64,000 nt of DNA from Tubiluchus corallicola (lineage: Eukaryota; Animalia; Priapulida): contig JAQGDQ010000144.1 in assembly GCA_030141605.1 (NCBI GenBank), positions 124,001-188,000 of the forward strand, in the 5' to 3' direction. The translations under genes were made by a program, and so were the position numbers. Shown one piece after another: positions 1 to 64,000 of this stretch. The notes below the pieces were generated by a model that did not search any database, was not told the origin of the DNA, and saw only the letters and a program-made list of their open reading frames with translations. Within the stretch, counting starts at the first letter, position 1; each line of letters opens with the position of its first letter.

Positions 1-63575
<63,575 letters not shown>

Positions 63576-64000
63576 GTGAGTTCCACTAAAGTATAAAAAT
63601 ATTATTGCGCTGTTTAACCCGTTGGATAGCCTCATTTCCTGCTCATCGGTGATGTGGGTAAGCGTTGTATAGCGGCACCCTAAAAAATCGAAGAAAGAAA
63701 CACCAAAACCAAAGTTTAGAGGTGAAATCGGACGACTAAGAAGAACAAAAAAAGAACAAAATGATAAATGCTTTAAATTTGAAAAAAAAACAACAACGCT
63801 TGGCAGGCAGACAGGAGAAGTGCACACGAAGATTAAAACACTGACAACTGAGGATGTCATGTGCTAGTGTTTTTTTCTACAGGAAAAAACTGTTCAACCA
63901 ATCGTAAGTAATTGTGGATTTACTTCCTGATTTGAAATGACAATTATAATATTATCTGTAGGTTTGTTGGCCTGGTGCCTATGAATAAGTGTAATGCACA

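Noticed and set aside
63584-63869. Possible CACTA element (CACTA...TAGTG) with a Lys-rich reading frame
   Set aside because: The inverted match is only 5 bp and there is no convincing TSD.

Overview
This is AT-rich eukaryotic (invertebrate animal) genomic DNA. The whole window lies inside one + strand gene for a giant muscle protein of the twitchin/projectin (invertebrate mini-titin) family. I traced 97 exons by eye (about 16.25 kb coding, about 5,400 aa), and their splice phases join into one reading frame. The start codon and the expected C-terminal kinase lie outside the window. Domain order: 4 N-terminal twitchin-type Ig domains (the first partial), a 35-aa E/V/K-rich linker, four tandem copies of a 10-domain super-repeat (Fn-Ig-Fn-Fn-Ig-Fn-Fn-Fn-Ig-Fn, about 982 aa), then Fn-Ig-Fn2-Ig-Fn2-Ig-Fn3. 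Copies 1-3 have the same 17-exon structure and show patchwork exon homogenisation. Copy 4 is more diverged and has different introns. Other points: a 22-nt frame-essential microexon, a GC-AG intron, and many intronic mobile elements. These include a Rex1/Babar-like LINE, pogo/Tc1-, hAT-, Harbinger- and piggyBac-like MITEs, two long foldbacks, and a repeat with a degenerate hammerhead-ribozyme core. Most ORFs in the supplied track are exon fragments running into introns, or antisense shadows. I found no prokaryote-type system (CRISPR etc.). Coordinates were read by eye and no database searches were run.
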